The notes under the pieces were generated by a model that ran no database searches, had not been told where the DNA came from, and worked only from the letters and a program-made list of their open reading frames with translations. Shown here in pieces: positions 39,361 through 49,606 of a stretch of 64,000 nt of DNA (positions within the stretch are counted from its first letter, which is position 1; each line of letters starts with the position of its first letter). The stretch covers positions 295,843-359,842 of the forward strand of contig JACPNR010000009.1 of assembly GCA_016185395.1 (NCBI GenBank), in the 5' to 3' direction. The stretch is from Candidatus Korobacter versatilis (GTDB taxonomy: Bacteria; Acidobacteriota; Terriglobia; Terriglobales; Acidobacteriaceae). Both the position numbers and the translations under genes were made by a program.

Positions 39361-39807
39361 ATGGAACAATTCGCGGCTCTGCTTCGCAGCAAAGACAAGC
39401 AGCCGGTACGTTATCTCGTGGTCGACGATTCCGTGTTCGCCCGCAAGAACATCACCAAGATGATCGAGACCTTCGGCGGACAAGTGGCGGGTGAGGCCGG
39501 CGACGGCTGCACTGCTATCACCGAATACGACCGCACCCGTCCCGACGTCGTGCTCATGGACATCACCATGCCGCAGATGGAAGGCATCGAGGCGGCCGAG
39601 CGTATCGTGCGCAATCATCCCGAAGCCCGCGTCATCATGGTCTCCTCCGTCGGCTACCAGGAGAACATCGTGACCGCGCTGCAAAAGGGCGCGCGCCACT
39701 TCGTGCAGAAGCCGGTGAAGCCGGAAGTGCTCTACGAGGTGATCAAATACGTGCTCGGTGAAGACGCCGTCGCGGCCGCCGGCGCCGCCGCAGGAGAAAA
39801 GCAATGA
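39361..39807 (+). CDS. cheY: Chemotaxis response regulator CheY
   Basis: YLVVDDS, VVLMDITMPQMEG, MVSS, VQKP. Confidence 0.9.
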   Translation: MEQFAALLRSKDKQPVRYLVVDDSVFARKNITKMIETFGGQVAGEAGDGCTAITEYDRTRPDVVLMDITMPQMEGIEAAERIVRNHPEARVIMVSSVGYQENIVTALQKGARHFVQKPVKPEVLYEVIKYVLGEDAVAAAGAAAGEKQ

Positions 39808-40301
39808 GGATGGAGCTCATTCAACCCTTCATCAACGCGGCAGACGCCGTCTTGGCCGAGACCCTGCAGTGCTCCACCAAGATCGGCGACGTGGCGATGG
39901 AAGAGGAAGCCTATCGCCGCAAGGGCACCGCCGCCATCATCCACATCCATGGCGATATTGAAGGCCGCGTGATCTTCGACCTCGACAACGCCACCGCCGC
40001 CAAGGTCGCGGCCTATCTCGCCGGCGAACCCGTCGGCGAGAGCGCCGACATCATTCGCGAGACCGTCTTCGAACTCGCCAACCAGATCATCGGCAACGCC
40101 GTCACCACGCTCAATGACCAGGGCTTCCGCTTCAAGATCGCGCCGCCGGAACTGCACTCGGACGAACTGGGGGAGAAGAGCAACGAGGAGCAGGAAGCCC
40201 TCGTCATGTGCTTCGACACCGCCAACGGCAGCGTCTACATGAACATCGCCATGCGCTACAATCGCCGCCGCCGCCAGGAACGCGCCGTCGTCGCCGGATA
40301 G
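39804..40301 (+). CDS. cheX: CheX/CheC-family CheY-P phosphatase
   Basis: E-x3-E-x2-N-x22-P, read as ETVFELAN...(22 aa)...P, close to the family motif D/S-x3-E-x2-N-x22-P. ATGA overlap with cheY. Confidence 0.8.
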   Translation: MRMELIQPFINAADAVLAETLQCSTKIGDVAMEEEAYRRKGTAAIIHIHGDIEGRVIFDLDNATAAKVAAYLAGEPVGESADIIRETVFELANQIIGNAVTTLNDQGFRFKIAPPELHSDELGEKSNEEQEALVMCFDTANGSVYMNIAMRYNRRRRQERAVVAG

Positions 40302-40326
40302 CAAACAACTCTCAGCAAACTAAAAA

Positions 40327-40347
40327 GGGCGGCCGCTTAGGCCGCCC
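40327..40347. terminator. Bidirectional intrinsic terminator between convergent cheX and the YVTN gene
   Basis: AAAAA-GGGCGGCC-gctta-GGCCGCCC-TTGTTTC: a perfect 8-bp GC stem with U-runs on both strands. Confidence 0.75.
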
Positions 40348-40367
40348 TTGTTTCTTGCGCAGCGGAT

Positions 40368-41696
40368 CTATGGCGCCATGGTCACGAACGTCGGCACCTG
40401 CAGCGCGCAGTAATTGTTCGCCGCGGCCACTGGGTCGCACGTCGGGTTCTGTTGTGGCGGCTTCAGCATCACCAGCACCGAATCCGTCTGCGTATTGATG
40501 GTGAGGATCCGCGGTGGATCGGCGAAGTTCAGCCCGCCCGCCGTGACGATCCCGTTCGGGTCAGTCGTCACGCCCGAGCCCTGCACGCCCACGATCACGC
40601 GCGAGGAATCGGTCGGCGACGTCAGCCATATCGGGCATGTCCCCGTCGGGATGGTGTTCACCACCGTCAAGCTCGTCGTATCGATCACCGAAACGCTGTT
40701 CGAGCCGCAGTTAGACACATACGCTTTCGCGCCATTGCGCAGCGCGGTGATCGACGTCGGATTGCTGCCCACCGGGATCGTCGCGATCACCGTCATGAAG
40801 TTTGGCGAGGTGGACACCGCGTCAATCACGAAGACTTTCCCACCCGGCGAGTCGACCACGTAAAGCCGCCGCTTGGTCGGATCAAAGGTCGTGAAGCCCG
40901 GCACGCTCGCGCCCGTCAGCGTGATTTGGTTCACCGGGACCGGTGTCGGCGTCGCCGCCAGCGCTTCCGTGACCGTATCGATCACGCTCACGTAACCGGC
41001 TTCGTTGGTGACGAACAGCAGGCTGCCATCCTGGTTCAGGTCAGACCACACCGGGTTCCCGCCCACTGCGACCGTGTTCGTGACCACGTTGTCCAGCGTG
41101 CTCATCACGCTCACACTGCCCCCGTTGTAGTTGAGCGCAAACACCTTGTTGCCGTTCAGGCTTTCCGTCAACCGGCGTGGGTTGCTGCCCACGGTGGCCG
41201 TGGTGACGATGGAATCGAGGGCAGCGTTCAACACCGCGATCCTATTGATTCCTGGGCAGGCCACGTACGCCGTTCCCGTGTTGCGGCTCGCCACGAAATC
41301 CGGACTGCATCCCGCTGGCATGGCGATCGTGACCGGAGATGTAAAGGGTGAGCTAGTCAGAAAGCGCGTCACGCTATTGTCGCCCCGGTTCGCGACATAA
41401 GTCCGCAAGCTGGTCACGAAGCCCGCATGCACCGGGCCCACACCGGCCACCACGTTACCGACGTTGGTGTCACCGGTGGTGTCCACACTGGTCGCGCTGC
41501 CCTGGCAGGGTCCGGCGACGCACGCCGGCAAAGCTGCTCCCGGGTTCTGGTTCACCACAATGGCATGCCGCAGATTGTTCGGGTCGCCACCGGGCTCGGG
41601 AATAGCTGTCGCCACCGGACGGTACGTCTGCCCGCATCCGATGGCAAAGAGGGTAAGAAGAATGATGGCTGTGCTACCGGTGCTGCGTCTGCGCAT
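40368..41696 (-). CDS. YVTN-family beta-propeller repeat lipoprotein
   Basis: Lipobox LFAIGC. Repeated YVANRGDNSVT and YVSNCGSNSVSVIDT blades. Confidence 0.85.
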   Translation of the reverse strand: MRRRSTGSTAIILLTLFAIGCGQTYRPVATAIPEPGGDPNNLRHAIVVNQNPGAALPACVAGPCQGSATSVDTTGDTNVGNVVAGVGPVHAGFVTSLRTYVANRGDNSVTRFLTSSPFTSPVTIAMPAGCSPDFVASRNTGTAYVACPGINRIAVLNAALDSIVTTATVGSNPRRLTESLNGNKVFALNYNGGSVSVMSTLDNVVTNTVAVGGNPVWSDLNQDGSLLFVTNEAGYVSVIDTVTEALAATPTPVPVNQITLTGASVPGFTTFDPTKRRLYVVDSPGGKVFVIDAVSTSPNFMTVIATIPVGSNPTSITALRNGAKAYVSNCGSNSVSVIDTTSLTVVNTIPTGTCPIWLTSPTDSSRVIVGVQGSGVTTDPNGIVTAGGLNFADPPRILTINTQTDSVLVMLKPPQQNPTCDPVAAANNYCALQVPTFVTMAP

Positions 41697-41826
41697 CCCT
41701 ACTCCGCCGGCTCTGCGCCGGACACAGGTCTGACTGCTAGTAGTGCAAGGAATTCCTTATTGTAGCTGGGAACATCGACCCACGCTAGTCTGCCGGCTCG
41801 CCAGAGGGCTGCTCCCAAAGGAGAAA

Positions 41827-41844
41827 GGCGGGCCGCAGCCCGCC
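41827..41844 (-). terminator. Intrinsic terminator candidate downstream of ku
   Basis: GGCGGGC-cgca-GCCCGCC. On the minus strand it is followed by TTTCTCCTTT. Confidence 0.55.
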
Positions 41845-41863
41845 TCTTCCAACTCACAAACCA

Positions 41864-42730
41864 CTATCCCTTCGCGCGCTTCTTCGCGACGCTCCGCAGC
41901 TTCACCGACGACTCCGCCTGCGCCGCTTCCACCCGCTGCGGCTTCTTCTTCTCCATCTGGTCCAGGCTCTGCTTGAGCGCCGCCATCAGGTCCACCACCT
42001 TGCCGGGCTTCGCCGCACGGTCGATGGGGATCACTTCCTTGCCCTCCAGACGCGCCTTGATCAGCTGCTTCAGGTTCTCTTCGAAGGTGTCGTAATACTT
42101 CTTCGGGTCCCAATCGGCGGCGAGCGCCTCGATGAGCTGGTGCGCCACTTTCACCTCGGCCTCTTTGACCTGGACGTCTTTGGTCGCATCGTCAAAGCCC
42201 TCGACCTCGCGGACTTCGTCCTTGTAATACATCGTGTGCAGCATCATCCCGTGTTTGTACGGACGCAGGAACACGGTGTACTCGCGGTTGTGCATCGCCA
42301 GCTTCGCGATGGCCACGTACTCACTCTCCTCCAGCGCCTTCTGCAGCAGCGCGTAGGGACGCTTCCCTGCCTCTTCCGGCATCAGGTAGTACGACGACTC
42401 GAAGTACAGCGGATCGATCTGGCCGGCGGGGACGAACTCCAGTATCTCCATCGCCTTCGCCGTCTTCGGCTCGATCTTCTTGATCTCGTCCGGCTCGATC
42501 ACCACGTACTCGCCCTTGCGGAACTCGTAGCCCTTCACGATCTCGTCCCGGGAGATCACCTTGCCGTCCTCCGAGCAGACCATCTGCTGCCTCACGCGCG
42601 CGTGGTCCTCGCGGTGCAGCATGTTGAACGACACCCGGCTGCCGCGCGCGCCTGAGAACAGCCGCACCGGCATCGAGATAAGTCCAAACGTCAAATAGCC
42701 AGTCCACACGGACGCAGCCATGGGTTCCAC
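41864..42730 (-). CDS. ku: Non-homologous end-joining protein Ku
   Basis: N-terminus WTGYLTFGLISMPVRLF, the YEF.KGEYV segment and a basic C-terminal tail. Confidence 0.9.
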   Translation of the reverse strand: MEPMAASVWTGYLTFGLISMPVRLFSGARGSRVSFNMLHREDHARVRQQMVCSEDGKVISRDEIVKGYEFRKGEYVVIEPDEIKKIEPKTAKAMEILEFVPAGQIDPLYFESSYYLMPEEAGKRPYALLQKALEESEYVAIAKLAMHNREYTVFLRPYKHGMMLHTMYYKDEVREVEGFDDATKDVQVKEAEVKVAHQLIEALAADWDPKKYYDTFEENLKQLIKARLEGKEVIPIDRAAKPGKVVDLMAALKQSLDQMEKKKPQRVEAAQAESSVKLRSVAKKRAKG

Positions 42731-42818
42731 CTTCTGCTTTTCAGTCTTCGCTCGGCAGACTGCCGGGCGCTAGGGCGATGTTCTAGAACGATGTCTCAGG
42801 GGTCCTCTGCTAGGATGC

Positions 42819-43685
42819 GTGGCACTCACGCCCGTGCCGCCACCAACTGCCGCCTCCGCTACCTCGCGCAAGCCGTCTCGGGCCGCTTCCTATCAGGCCT
42901 GGGCTGTGATTATAGGTTTTGCTCCCGCCGCCTTCATCCTGTATTTCGGCCCCCGTTTACCATTCGGGAACATCGCCCTTTCTGCGGCCATATCTGCCCT
43001 TTTTGCGCTCATCGCATGGCTTTTGAGGGGGGTAAACGCCTCTGGAGCACTCGCCGGCTTTGCCATTGCCTTCACCTTTTATTTGGCTGGCGGGACTCTA
43101 GAAAGAGGATGGCGGGGTTTTGCCGTACTGCTCTTCGTTTTCGTTCTGACGTGGGCCGCGACCCGGGCCGGCAACGGCCGAAAGGCGGCCCGTGGCATCG
43201 CGGAACCGGGTCATGGGCGGGACGCTCCCCAGGTAGTTGCGAACGTCGGGCTGGCGGCCTACGCGCTCTTGCTGCCGCTCCCGCCCCTCGCCCTCTGCTG
43301 CGCCATCGCCGTCCTGGCGGAAGCCGCCGCCGACACCTGCTCGAGCGAACTGGGAAAGGCCTTCGGCGGCAAGACCGTGTTGATCACCAACGGGCGCCGC
43401 GTCGCGCCGGGGACCGATGGCGGCATTAGCCTCCTCGGCGTCGTCTCCGCCATCGTTTCGGCCGCCGCCGTCTGCTCCTTGGCGGCGGTCATTGGCGCGC
43501 TTCCGCGCGGCGCCACCACCCGCGTCACCATCGCCGCCGTGCTCGCCACCTTCCTCGACAGCCTGCTCGGCGCCACGCTGGAGGGCAAGGTTTGGATGAA
43601 CAGAGTCTGGCTCAACAATGACGCCGTGAACCTGCTCAGCACCGCCGCAGCAGCCTTCTTCGCCCTCGTGCTCTGTCTCTACTAG
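42819..43685 (+). CDS. DUF92/TMEM19-like integral membrane protein
   Basis: Polytopic membrane protein with AAADTCSSELGKAFGGKTVLITNGRRVAPGTDGGISLLG, the segment I associate with DUF92. The start is uncertain. Confidence 0.7.
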   Translation: MALTPVPPPTAASATSRKPSRAASYQAWAVIIGFAPAAFILYFGPRLPFGNIALSAAISALFALIAWLLRGVNASGALAGFAIAFTFYLAGGTLERGWRGFAVLLFVFVLTWAATRAGNGRKAARGIAEPGHGRDAPQVVANVGLAAYALLLPLPPLALCCAIAVLAEAAADTCSSELGKAFGGKTVLITNGRRVAPGTDGGISLLGVVSAIVSAAAVCSLAAVIGALPRGATTRVTIAAVLATFLDSLLGATLEGKVWMNRVWLNNDAVNLLSTAAAAFFALVLCLY

Positions 43686-43879
43686 CGCGCCGACGAAGCC
43701 GCCAGCTTCTTCGCCTGCTCCGTCTCGTGCCACTTCACCGAGCTCCATATCCGGTGCGCCGTCTCGACCGCTGCGTCGATCTCCTTCTGCGCCTTCGCTC
43801 CTGTGCCCACCGTCTTGCCGGAGAGCAGCACCGCCGTCATCAATGCCACCACTTTTTGCCGTTCTTCGCCGATGTCCAT
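43682..43879 (-). CDS. Small hypothetical protein (65 aa)
   Basis: GGAGG lies 6 nt upstream of the ATG, and third codon positions are GC-rich as in neighbouring genes. No family recognised. Confidence 0.5.
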   Translation of the reverse strand: MDIGEERQKVVALMTAVLLSGKTVGTGAKAQKEIDAAVETAHRIWSSVKWHETEQAKKLAASSAR

Positions 43880-43965
43880 GTTCGACCTCCAAGAGTTAAT
43901 AAAGACGCGCGGATTATACTTCCGGCGCTTCCCCGAACGACGCGATTTGCTATCCTCGTCGCCCT

Positions 43966-46116
43966 ATGCGAACCGCCCTCCTGGCCCTGCTGCTCGCCGT
44001 CTCTTCCTTCGCCCAGAACGCCGCCGCCGCCCCGGCCGCCAAACGCCCGCTGCGTCTCGACGACCTGTACCAGCTCCGCACCGTCAGCGATCCGCAGCGC
44101 TCGCCCAACGGAGACTGGGTCGCATACACCGTCAGCACCGTGGACGTGAAGAAAGACAAGAACGTCAGCCACATCTGGCTCGCCAGTTGGGACGGCAAGC
44201 AGGAACGCCAGCTCACCTTCAGCGACGAAGGCGAGAGCACGCCGCGCTGGAGCGCCGACGGTCGCCAGCTCGCCTTCCTCTCTCCCCGCTCCGACGCGTG
44301 CGAGAAGTCGCAGCTCTGGCTGCTTCCCATGGGAAGCGGCGGCGGTGAGGCCGCGGCCGTCACCAAGTTCCGCCGCGACATCGACGACTTCGCCTGGGCG
44401 CCCGACGGCAAGCATCTCGTCCTCGTCGTCGAGGACGATCCTGACGAGATGAAGCCGGAGAAGCCCCAGCCCACTCCCGACGCCACCAAGCCCAAGTCCG
44501 GCGATGACTCCACCGCCGCCTCCACACCAGCAAAGGAAGCGGACGAAGGCTGCCCGCTCAAGGACAAGAAACCCAAGCCCATCGAGGTCACGCGCTACAA
44601 GTTCAAGGAAGACATCTCCGGCTACCTCACGCGCAAGCGCAGCCACCTTTACATCGTCGACATCGAAACGCGCAAGGCCGAGCTGCTCACTCCCGGCGAG
44701 CACGACGAGGTCCTGCCCGCGTGGTCGCCGGACGGAAAGTGGATCGCCTTCGTCTCCAAGCGCCACCCCGCCGATCCCGACCGCGGCGATGACTGGGACG
44801 TGTTCGCCATCGAGCCGCGCGCCGGAGCGCAGGCGAAGTAGCTCACCACCTCGATCGGGCAAGACAACTCGCCGCTAACCGCGAGTCCGCTCGCCTGGAG
44901 TCCGGACTCCACCCGCGTCGCCTACCTCGCCGGCCAGCCTGACCCGAAGTACTACGCCTACGACCAGCGCGCGCTTGCCGTCGTTAGTGTGAACGGCGGC
45001 GACCTGAACGGAAACGCGAAAGAGCTCGGCCGCGCGCTCGACCGCAGCCAGTTCGGCCCGCAGTGGTCCGCCGACGGCAAATCCATCTCCGTCGTCTTGG
45101 AAGACGACCGCACCGTCCTGCCCATCACCTTCGACGTCGCTACCGGGAAGTCCACGCCGCTGTTGCGTGGCGCGCTCACCGTCTCCAGCATCTCCGCCGG
45201 AAACGCAAAAGACGGCGCCTTCGCCGCGCTCGTCTCCAGCGACATCGCGCCCGACGAAGTCGTCGCCATCGAAAACGGCCGATCGCGCCCGCTCTCCCAC
45301 CAGAACGACAAGTGGCTGCGCGAGGTCCAGTTCGCCGCCGTCGAGGACTTCACCTCGCGCTCGAGCGACGGCACGGAGGTCCATGGACTCATCACCAAGC
45401 CCGCCGGCTCGGGGCAAAAGCTGCCCACGCTGCTCCGCATCCACGGCGGTCCCGACGGCCAGGACCAGCACGAGTTCCGCTTCGACTGGCAGCTCTTCGC
45501 CGCCAACGGATACGCCGTAATCGCCGCCAACTACCGCGGCAGCAGCGGACGCGGCGCCGCCTATCAGCGCGCCATCTACGCCGACTGGGGACACAAAGAA
45601 GTCATCGACCTCCTGGGCGCTGTGGATCACGAAATAAAGACCGGCCTCGCCGATCCCGCCAAGCTCGGCGTCGGCGGATGGAGCTACGGCGGCATCCTCA
45701 CCGACTACATCATCGCCGGCGACCAGCGCTTTAAGGCGGCCACCAGCGGCGCCGGCTCCGCGCTCACCCTTGCGATGTATGGCGTGGACGAGTACGTCAC
45801 CCAGTACACCCTCGAACTCGGCGAGCCGTGGAAGGCCACCGGCCTCTGGCAGCGTCTCAGTCCATTCCTCCACGCCGACCGCATCAAGACGCCCACGCTC
45901 TTCCTCGGCGGCGACAAGGATTTCAACGTGCCCCTCATCGGCGGCGAGCAGATGTACCAGGCGCTCCGCCAACTCAACGTCCCCAGCGAACTCGTCGTCT
46001 ATCCCGGCGAGTTCCACGGCATCAAGCGCCCCAGCTTCAAACGCCATCGGCTGGACCGCTACGTGCAGTGGTACGACCGCTACATCAAAGGCACGCCCGC
46101 ACCACCGGCAAAATGA
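43966..46116 (+). pseudogene. S9 family serine peptidase (N-terminal propeller plus alpha/beta hydrolase) interrupted by one in-frame TAG at 44839-44841
   Basis: Track ORFs 43966..44841 and 44989..46116 are in the same frame. The text reads ...PRAGAQAK*LTTSIGQDNSPLTASPLAWSPDSTRVAYL... straight through the stop. GGWSYGG nucleophile elbow, GGDKDFNVP Asp and GEFHGI His are all intact. Confidence 0.7.
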
Positions 46117-46232
46117 CGCCCTGCCTCTGACTTTGCCGAAATCGCCCAATGCCACAACAACCGTAGAAGCCCCCGCCTTCTAGGCGGGATGCCCTTCCAT
46201 GATGTACCTTGCTTCCCTCAAGGATGATTCGC

Positions 46233-48218
46233 ATGAAAAAGCTCGTCCTCATCGCGCTGCTCCTCGCCTCCGTCTGCGCCGTCGGACAAACGCCGCAGTA
46301 CGACGTCCTCATCCGCAACGGCAAGGTCGTCGACGGCAGCGGCAACCCGTGGTTTTACGCCGACCTCGGCATCATCGGCGACCGCATCGCGTTCATCGGA
46401 CGCGCCGGCGCAGACGTCACCGCCAAGCGCACCATCGACGCCAAGGGACTCGTCGTCGCCCCCGGGTTCATTGATATGCTCGGCCAGTCCGAGACCGGCG
46501 TGCTCATCGACAAGACCGTCTTCTCCAAGATCACCCAGGGCATCACCACCGAGATCACCGGCGAGGGCGAGTCCATCGCGCCGCAGAACGACTTCACCAT
46601 CAACGAAGGCAAAGATTTCCTCGAGCACTTCAAGCTCACTGTGGACTGGCGCACGCTCGCCGACTACTTCAAGCGCCTCGAGAAGCAAGGCTCGGCGGTC
46701 AACATCGGGACCTTCGTCGGCGCCACGCAGGTGCGCGAGGTCGTCCTCGGCAAGGAGAACCGGCCGCCCACCGGCGAAGAACTCAAGCAGATGGTCGAGT
46801 ACGTGGAAGACGCCATGTACGATGGCGCCCTCGGCCTCTCCACCTCCCTCATCTACGCGCCCGCCAACTACGCCAACACCGAAGAACTCATCGCGCTCGC
46901 TAAGGCCGCCTCGAAGCACGGCGGCATTTACTCCTCGCACATCCGCAACGAGGGCGACACCGAGCTGCAGGCGCTCGACGAAGCCTTCCGCATCGGCCGC
47001 GAGGCGAACATCCCCGTCGAGATCTGGCACTTCAAGGTCTCCGGCCGCCAGAACTGGGGCAAGATGCGCCAGGTCATCGCCAAGGTCGAGCAGGCACGCG
47101 CCGAAGGGCTCGACGTCACCGCCGACCAGTATCCTTACGTCGCGTCGGCGACCTCGCTCGGCGCCACCATCCCGCCCAGCTTCCATGCGGGCGGCGAGGA
47201 GCAATTCGTCAAGCGCCTGCAGGACCCCGCCGTCCGCAAGCAGGTCCGTGACGAACTCATGGGACCGGGCAACAAGATCGAGAACATGTGGCGCGGTACC
47301 GGCGGACCAGCCGGCATCCTCGTCACCTCAGTGCTCAATCCCGAGCTCAAGAAGTACGAAGGCCAGACCGTCGCCCAGATCGCCAAGGACCAGAACAAGG
47401 ACCCGCTCGACGCGCTCATCGATTTCGTCATCGCCGATCGCGACAACACCGGCGCCGTCTACTTCTCCATGGCGGAAGAGGATGTCCGCCTCGCCATGCA
47501 GCAGCCCTGGGTCGCGGTGGACACCGACTACGGCGGCGTCAACGTCACCGGCCCGCTCAGCGAATCCAAATCGCATCCCCGCGCGTGGGGCGCCTTCCCG
47601 CGGATCCTCGGAAAATATGTGCGCGAGGAGCACGTCTTGCGCCTCGAGGACGCCATCCGCAAAATGACTTCGCTCGCCGCCCAGCGCGTGAAGCTCCGCA
47701 ACCGGGGCCTGCTCAAGCAGGACTACTTCGCCGACGTCACCATCTTCGATCCCGAGAACGTCATTGACGTCGCGACCTTCGAGGACCCGAACCGTCCCGC
47801 GAAAGGCATCGAGTATGTCCTCGTCAACGGCGTGCTCACGCTCGAGCGCGGCAAGCTGACCGGACAATTCGGCGGACGTCCGCTGCGCGGTCCCGGCTAC
47901 AACGGCCCCGACGAAGGCGCGCCGCCCAGAGGCAAGATCCAGGGCGTCGTCACCGACGAAGGCGGCTGGCCGCTCGGCCGCACCATGGTCTCCGTCGTCG
48001 ATTCCGCTGGCAAGGTCGTCGCGCAGATGCAGACGCGCTACCTCGGCCGCTACGAGATCCCGCTCGAACAACCCTGCGACCGCTGCAAGGTCCGCGCGAC
48101 CCGCGACGGCTTCGACCAGCAAGAGCGCGCCGCCGACTACAACGGCGCCAATTCGCTCTGGTTCAGCTTCGCGCTCAAGCGCCTTCAAGTCCGCGACGCC
48201 GACTTGAACCGACCGTGA
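46233..48218 (+). CDS. Exported D-aminoacylase-like amidohydrolase with a C-terminal carboxypeptidase-regulatory-like domain
   Basis: Signal peptide MKKLVLIALLLASVCAVG. DVLIRNGKVVDGSGNPWFYADLGIIGDRIAFIG N-terminus, then SSHIRNEGD and EIWHFK segments. Start set at ATG 46233. Confidence 0.8.
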   Translation: MKKLVLIALLLASVCAVGQTPQYDVLIRNGKVVDGSGNPWFYADLGIIGDRIAFIGRAGADVTAKRTIDAKGLVVAPGFIDMLGQSETGVLIDKTVFSKITQGITTEITGEGESIAPQNDFTINEGKDFLEHFKLTVDWRTLADYFKRLEKQGSAVNIGTFVGATQVREVVLGKENRPPTGEELKQMVEYVEDAMYDGALGLSTSLIYAPANYANTEELIALAKAASKHGGIYSSHIRNEGDTELQALDEAFRIGREANIPVEIWHFKVSGRQNWGKMRQVIAKVEQARAEGLDVTADQYPYVASATSLGATIPPSFHAGGEEQFVKRLQDPAVRKQVRDELMGPGNKIENMWRGTGGPAGILVTSVLNPELKKYEGQTVAQIAKDQNKDPLDALIDFVIADRDNTGAVYFSMAEEDVRLAMQQPWVAVDTDYGGVNVTGPLSESKSHPRAWGAFPRILGKYVREEHVLRLEDAIRKMTSLAAQRVKLRNRGLLKQDYFADVTIFDPENVIDVATFEDPNRPAKGIEYVLVNGVLTLERGKLTGQFGGRPLRGPGYNGPDEGAPPRGKIQGVVTDEGGWPLGRTMVSVVDSAGKVVAQMQTRYLGRYEIPLEQPCDRCKVRATRDGFDQQERAADYNGANSLWFSFALKRLQVRDADLNRP

Positions 48219-49600
48219 ACCGCCCTCAGCGAACTCGCCCTTGCTTTGCGACCTCTGCGTTTCAAGCTCTGGCTGTGACTCCAGCAACGCTTGTCGTCCT
48301 CTTGGTTTTGGTTGCGCAACCATTCGCGCAGCAGAAACCCACGGTCGTCGACCTCACCCACACCCTCGGCCCGAAATCCCCCGACTGGGAAGGCACCGAG
48401 AAGCGTCCCTTCGACGCGCGCGACCTCGCCACGTTCGACAAGAACGGATACTTCACGCGCTACATCTCGATGCAGGAGCACTTCTCCACCCACATCGACG
48501 CACCCGCGCACTTCTCGAAGAACGGTTGGACGGTCGACCAGATCCCCGCTGACCATCTCGTCGCTCCGCTCGTCGTCATCGACATCGCGAAGCAGAGCGC
48601 TGCCAACGCCGACTACGCGCTCACCGTCGCCGACATCACCGCGTGGGAGAAGAAGCACGGCAACATCCCGCGCGGGGCCGTGGTCGAGGTCCACACCGGC
48701 TGGGCGGCGAAGTGGGACTCGATGCAGGACTATCGCAACGCCGACGCCAAGGGCACCATGCACTTCCCTGGCTACTCGCTCGCGGCCGCGCAGTTCCTCG
48801 TGGAGAAGCGCGGCGTCTTCGGGCTCGGCGTCGACACGCTGTCGGTCGACGTCGGGATGTCAGCCGACTATCCCGTGCACGCCTACACCGCGAAGCACAA
48901 CGTCTATCACCTGGAGAACTCCACCAACCTCGACCGCGTCCCCGCGACCGGCGCAACCGTCGTGGTCGGCGCGGCGAAGCTCGAAGGCGGTTCTGGCGGG
49001 TCGGTGCGCATCCTCGCGTTGGTGCCGCCCTTCGATCCGACCGCGGCTTGCGACAAGATCAAGGTCATCGAGGTTGCCGCGAACAACTTCTCCGTAGCAG
49101 CGCCCGATATGTCCCACGCCGCCTGTATCAAGGAGGACCGGGAGGACGGCGGTACGGACCTCTATCTGGCGACCCGAGGAAAGTTGAAGCGACTGCGTAG
49201 ATACTCCGACATAGGCCCGAGTGGCGACCTTCAGTGGTCACCTGATTCGACCTATTTCGCTTACAACCTGACCGGAGGCGGCGCCGCCGGACAATGGAGT
49301 ATCGACGTTTACGATGCACAAAAAGGGGTCTTCTACGACGTCACAATCTCGGCGGAAAAAGATTACCTGAAACCGTTCCGGTGCAAGTTCAAGCTGGGAG
49401 ATTCAAACCTGATGTTGCTCGGCTGGAGCAGCACACACACGATCGTGTTGTCCGCCGAGCTCCACCCGTTATCCACTTTCTGCGAGCCGAACCGAGCCGA
49501 CGAACGCTTCTACGAGGTCGCTGTTCCTTCTGGTCGAGTGCTGAAGGAATACCGCGGCGCAGAGCTCGAAGCACTCAAGAAAGAATTTGCCGGGAGATAG
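48215..49600 (+). CDS. Cyclase-family protein (kynurenine-formamidase-like) fused to a C-terminal uncharacterised domain of about 180 aa
   Basis: HFSTHIDAPAHF metal motif and GLGVDTLSVD. The C-terminal part (about 49025-49597) is AT-richer and aligns by eye with the 11383..12075 protein. GTGA overlap with the upstream stop. Confidence 0.8.
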   Translation: MNRPQRTRPCFATSAFQALAVTPATLVVLLVLVAQPFAQQKPTVVDLTHTLGPKSPDWEGTEKRPFDARDLATFDKNGYFTRYISMQEHFSTHIDAPAHFSKNGWTVDQIPADHLVAPLVVIDIAKQSAANADYALTVADITAWEKKHGNIPRGAVVEVHTGWAAKWDSMQDYRNADAKGTMHFPGYSLAAAQFLVEKRGVFGLGVDTLSVDVGMSADYPVHAYTAKHNVYHLENSTNLDRVPATGATVVVGAAKLEGGSGGSVRILALVPPFDPTAACDKIKVIEVAANNFSVAAPDMSHAACIKEDREDGGTDLYLATRGKLKRLRRYSDIGPSGDLQWSPDSTYFAYNLTGGGAAGQWSIDVYDAQKGVFYDVTISAEKDYLKPFRCKFKLGDSNLMLLGWSSTHTIVLSAELHPLSTFCEPNRADERFYEVAVPSGRVLKEYRGAELEALKKEFAGR

Positions 49601-49606
49601 CTTGAT

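Noticed and set aside
44875-46155. 426-aa minus-strand ORF
   Set aside because: Antisense to the S9 peptidase hydrolase domain, which has an intact catalytic triad. The composition is junk-like.
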